A stretch of DNA of 64,000 nucleotides, taken from Octopus sinensis. Lineage: Eukaryota. The notes under the pieces are model-generated. The model did not search any database and was not told where the DNA came from. It saw nothing but the letters and a program-made list of their open reading frames with translations. The position numbers and the translations under genes are program-made. How positions within the stretch are numbered: the first letter of the stretch is position 1; the number at the start of each line of letters is the position of its first letter. This document shows positions 61,975-64,000 of this stretch, one piece after another. The stretch is from contig NC_043011.1 of assembly GCF_006345805.1 (NCBI RefSeq), forward strand, positions 54,882,464 to 54,946,463. Reading direction: 5' to 3'.

Positions 61975-62270
61975 TATCACGTGATCACCGTGACCAACCA
62001 GGCTATCAGATGTTGCTACACATCGCTGGTCACAATGTGCTTCGCATTGTTTTAGCCTTCAAATGACGCCACCCCGCTGGCTAAGTGAGCAGGCCAACAG
62101 AAGAAAGAGTGAGAGGAAGTTGTGGCAAAAGAGTACAGCAGGGATCGCCACCATCCCCTGCTGGAGCCTCATGGAGCTTTAGGTGTTTTCACTCAATAAA
62201 CACTCACAACGCCCGGTCTGGGAATCAAAACCGCGAGTTCGCTGCCCTAACCACTGGGCCATTACACCTC

Positions 62271-62272
<2 letters not shown>
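61975..62272 (-). mobile_element. SINE group D, tail type 3
   Basis: Group D head and middle joined to GGCCTGCTCACTTAGCCAGCGGGGTGGCGTCATTTGAAGGC..GTGATCACGTGATA. Confidence 0.8.
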
Positions 62273-62305
<33 letters not shown>

Positions 62306-64000
62306 TAGGATTCCATACAGTTGCAATATTATATCTTTGGCATTTAAAAGAAGAGGGGGTGCCATACAGGATTAAACGAAAGCTCCTCAATAGGAGCAGG
62401 CAACACAAACTTTGCTTGGTTGAGAGGGCATGGATCCTAAAAATTTCTCCTGATCTGGAGGTGAGGGAGCACTTCTTATACTCTGAAAGTGGAGTGTGTT
62501 CATGAGACTAAATTTGTGTTGACGACATGGATTTCCCACGCACTGACTTCATCATCATCATCATCGTTTAGCGTCCGTTTTCCATGCTAGCATGGGTTGG
62601 ACGGTTCTACTGGGGTCTGTGAAGCCAGAAGGCTTCATCAGGCCCAGTCAAATCTGGCAGTGTTTCTACGGCTGGATGCCCTTCCTAACGCCAACCACTC
62701 CGAGAGTGTAGTGGGTGCTTTTTACGTGCCACCCGCACTGACTTGTGAACAATAATTGTACATCAACTGACCCCTTTTGGACATAACTGGAATCGTTTGA
62801 AGGGAGATAACTCCCTCCCACCCAGGAGCTTTTGCTGACCAACATTGAAGTAAAGATATTACGTGACTCCAGCCAGTAGGTCTGATGAGTCACATTGATT
62901 ACTAAGAGCAATAATAGATGTGAATTCAATGGTTACTTTTTGACCACCCATAACCAATGGCCACAAAAAACTTGTGTGTATCTTTGTCTTGACATTATGT
63001 GATTGTTCTAAATGCGTACCACCATCATACAAGGTGTCCTTTGTTTCCAGTCTTCCATCCATGGAGGAGGGGCATCCAGCCATTGAAAATTTGCCTCAGT
63101 GAATTCTATCTAAGCTACAGAAACATGAAAAAAGTGGATGTTAAAATGACGATGATTTCCTACCAGTTCCTTATTCTTAGATAAGCTGTTTCTGTATGTT
63201 GTATGCCTTTGGTATGGATTAATGGAACAGAAGATGCTTATGTATTGAAATACAAATAAGTCAGTCACTACAGGAGGAGGTTGTCACTTATGCAATGTTA
63301 GTGACGGCATGGTTCAGAAACAACACAGAAGACCACGCTAAGAGTTGCTGAAGCATGGAACAGACTGCCAGCATCAGTTGTTAGTTGTCAGAGCACTGCA
63401 TCCTTCAAAACTTCCATGCTTCCTGAGATTTGCCAACACTACACCTGATTTTCTCCCCTCCATACACACGCAAGCATGTATCTGACTCATACACTGTTCG
63501 CTTCCCAGACATTTGTACATTACTGCATATGCTTTATACGCACTTTTTGACAAGTTGTAGTGCACCTGAGCACTGTATACAATAATTTCATTATTATTAT
63601 TATTATATAACCTGCTTGCCTTCTTGGAACAAAAATGCAGATGAATTATGATTGACACTGGTTAGACAAGACTAACGAAAACAATTTTTTTTTCCTCTTT
63701 CTAATTTATATCCTATTTTTATGAGTAACAGCATTGTTAGCTATTGACTCCCAATAGGTCAACCACTTGTTTATTACATTTACAAGGAAAGCAACAAGGG
63801 AGTGTCTTTACCACATGGAAGAAATAAATATGCAAAGTATTTTCATTCTAAATCACTAATCTAACAAGTTTTTTGTCAATGCTTACATCCTTCAGCAGCA
63901 TGAATTACCAAATGATGTAGGGGGTTGGCGTCAGGAAGGGCATCCGGCCGTAGAAAACTTGCCACACGCATAGCGCTGCGTATATGTGGTATGTATATAC

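Overview
AT-rich, intron-containing eukaryotic DNA packed with SINEs, LINE fragments, MITEs and microsatellites; the repeat landscape resembles an octopus (coleoid cephalopod) genome, which is my inference from recall and not a search result. Two host genes are supported. (1) An apparently complete RBM48 gene (minor-spliceosome RRM protein) on the + strand: six coding exons from 10708 to 25347, about 462 aa, phase-consistent GT-AG introns and a probable extra 3' exon at 27691. (2) The first coding exon (51187-51363) of a secreted AA15-type lytic polysaccharide monooxygenase (LPMO), whose later exons lie beyond the window. The rest is mostly mobile DNA: three tRNA-headed SINE groups with swapped modules, an RTE-tailed element built from variable hairpin-bearing units that seeds minisatellites, RTE/BovB-like and CR1-like LINE relics, mariner, Merlin and Helitron relics, and hAT- and piggyBac-type MITEs. 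The most unusual signal is a set of minimal hammerhead-ribozyme motifs in Penelope-like fragments, two of them inside long palindromes. Nearly all ORFs in the supplied track are microsatellite or repeat artefacts. Repeat boundaries are approximate unless a target-site duplication (TSD) is quoted.
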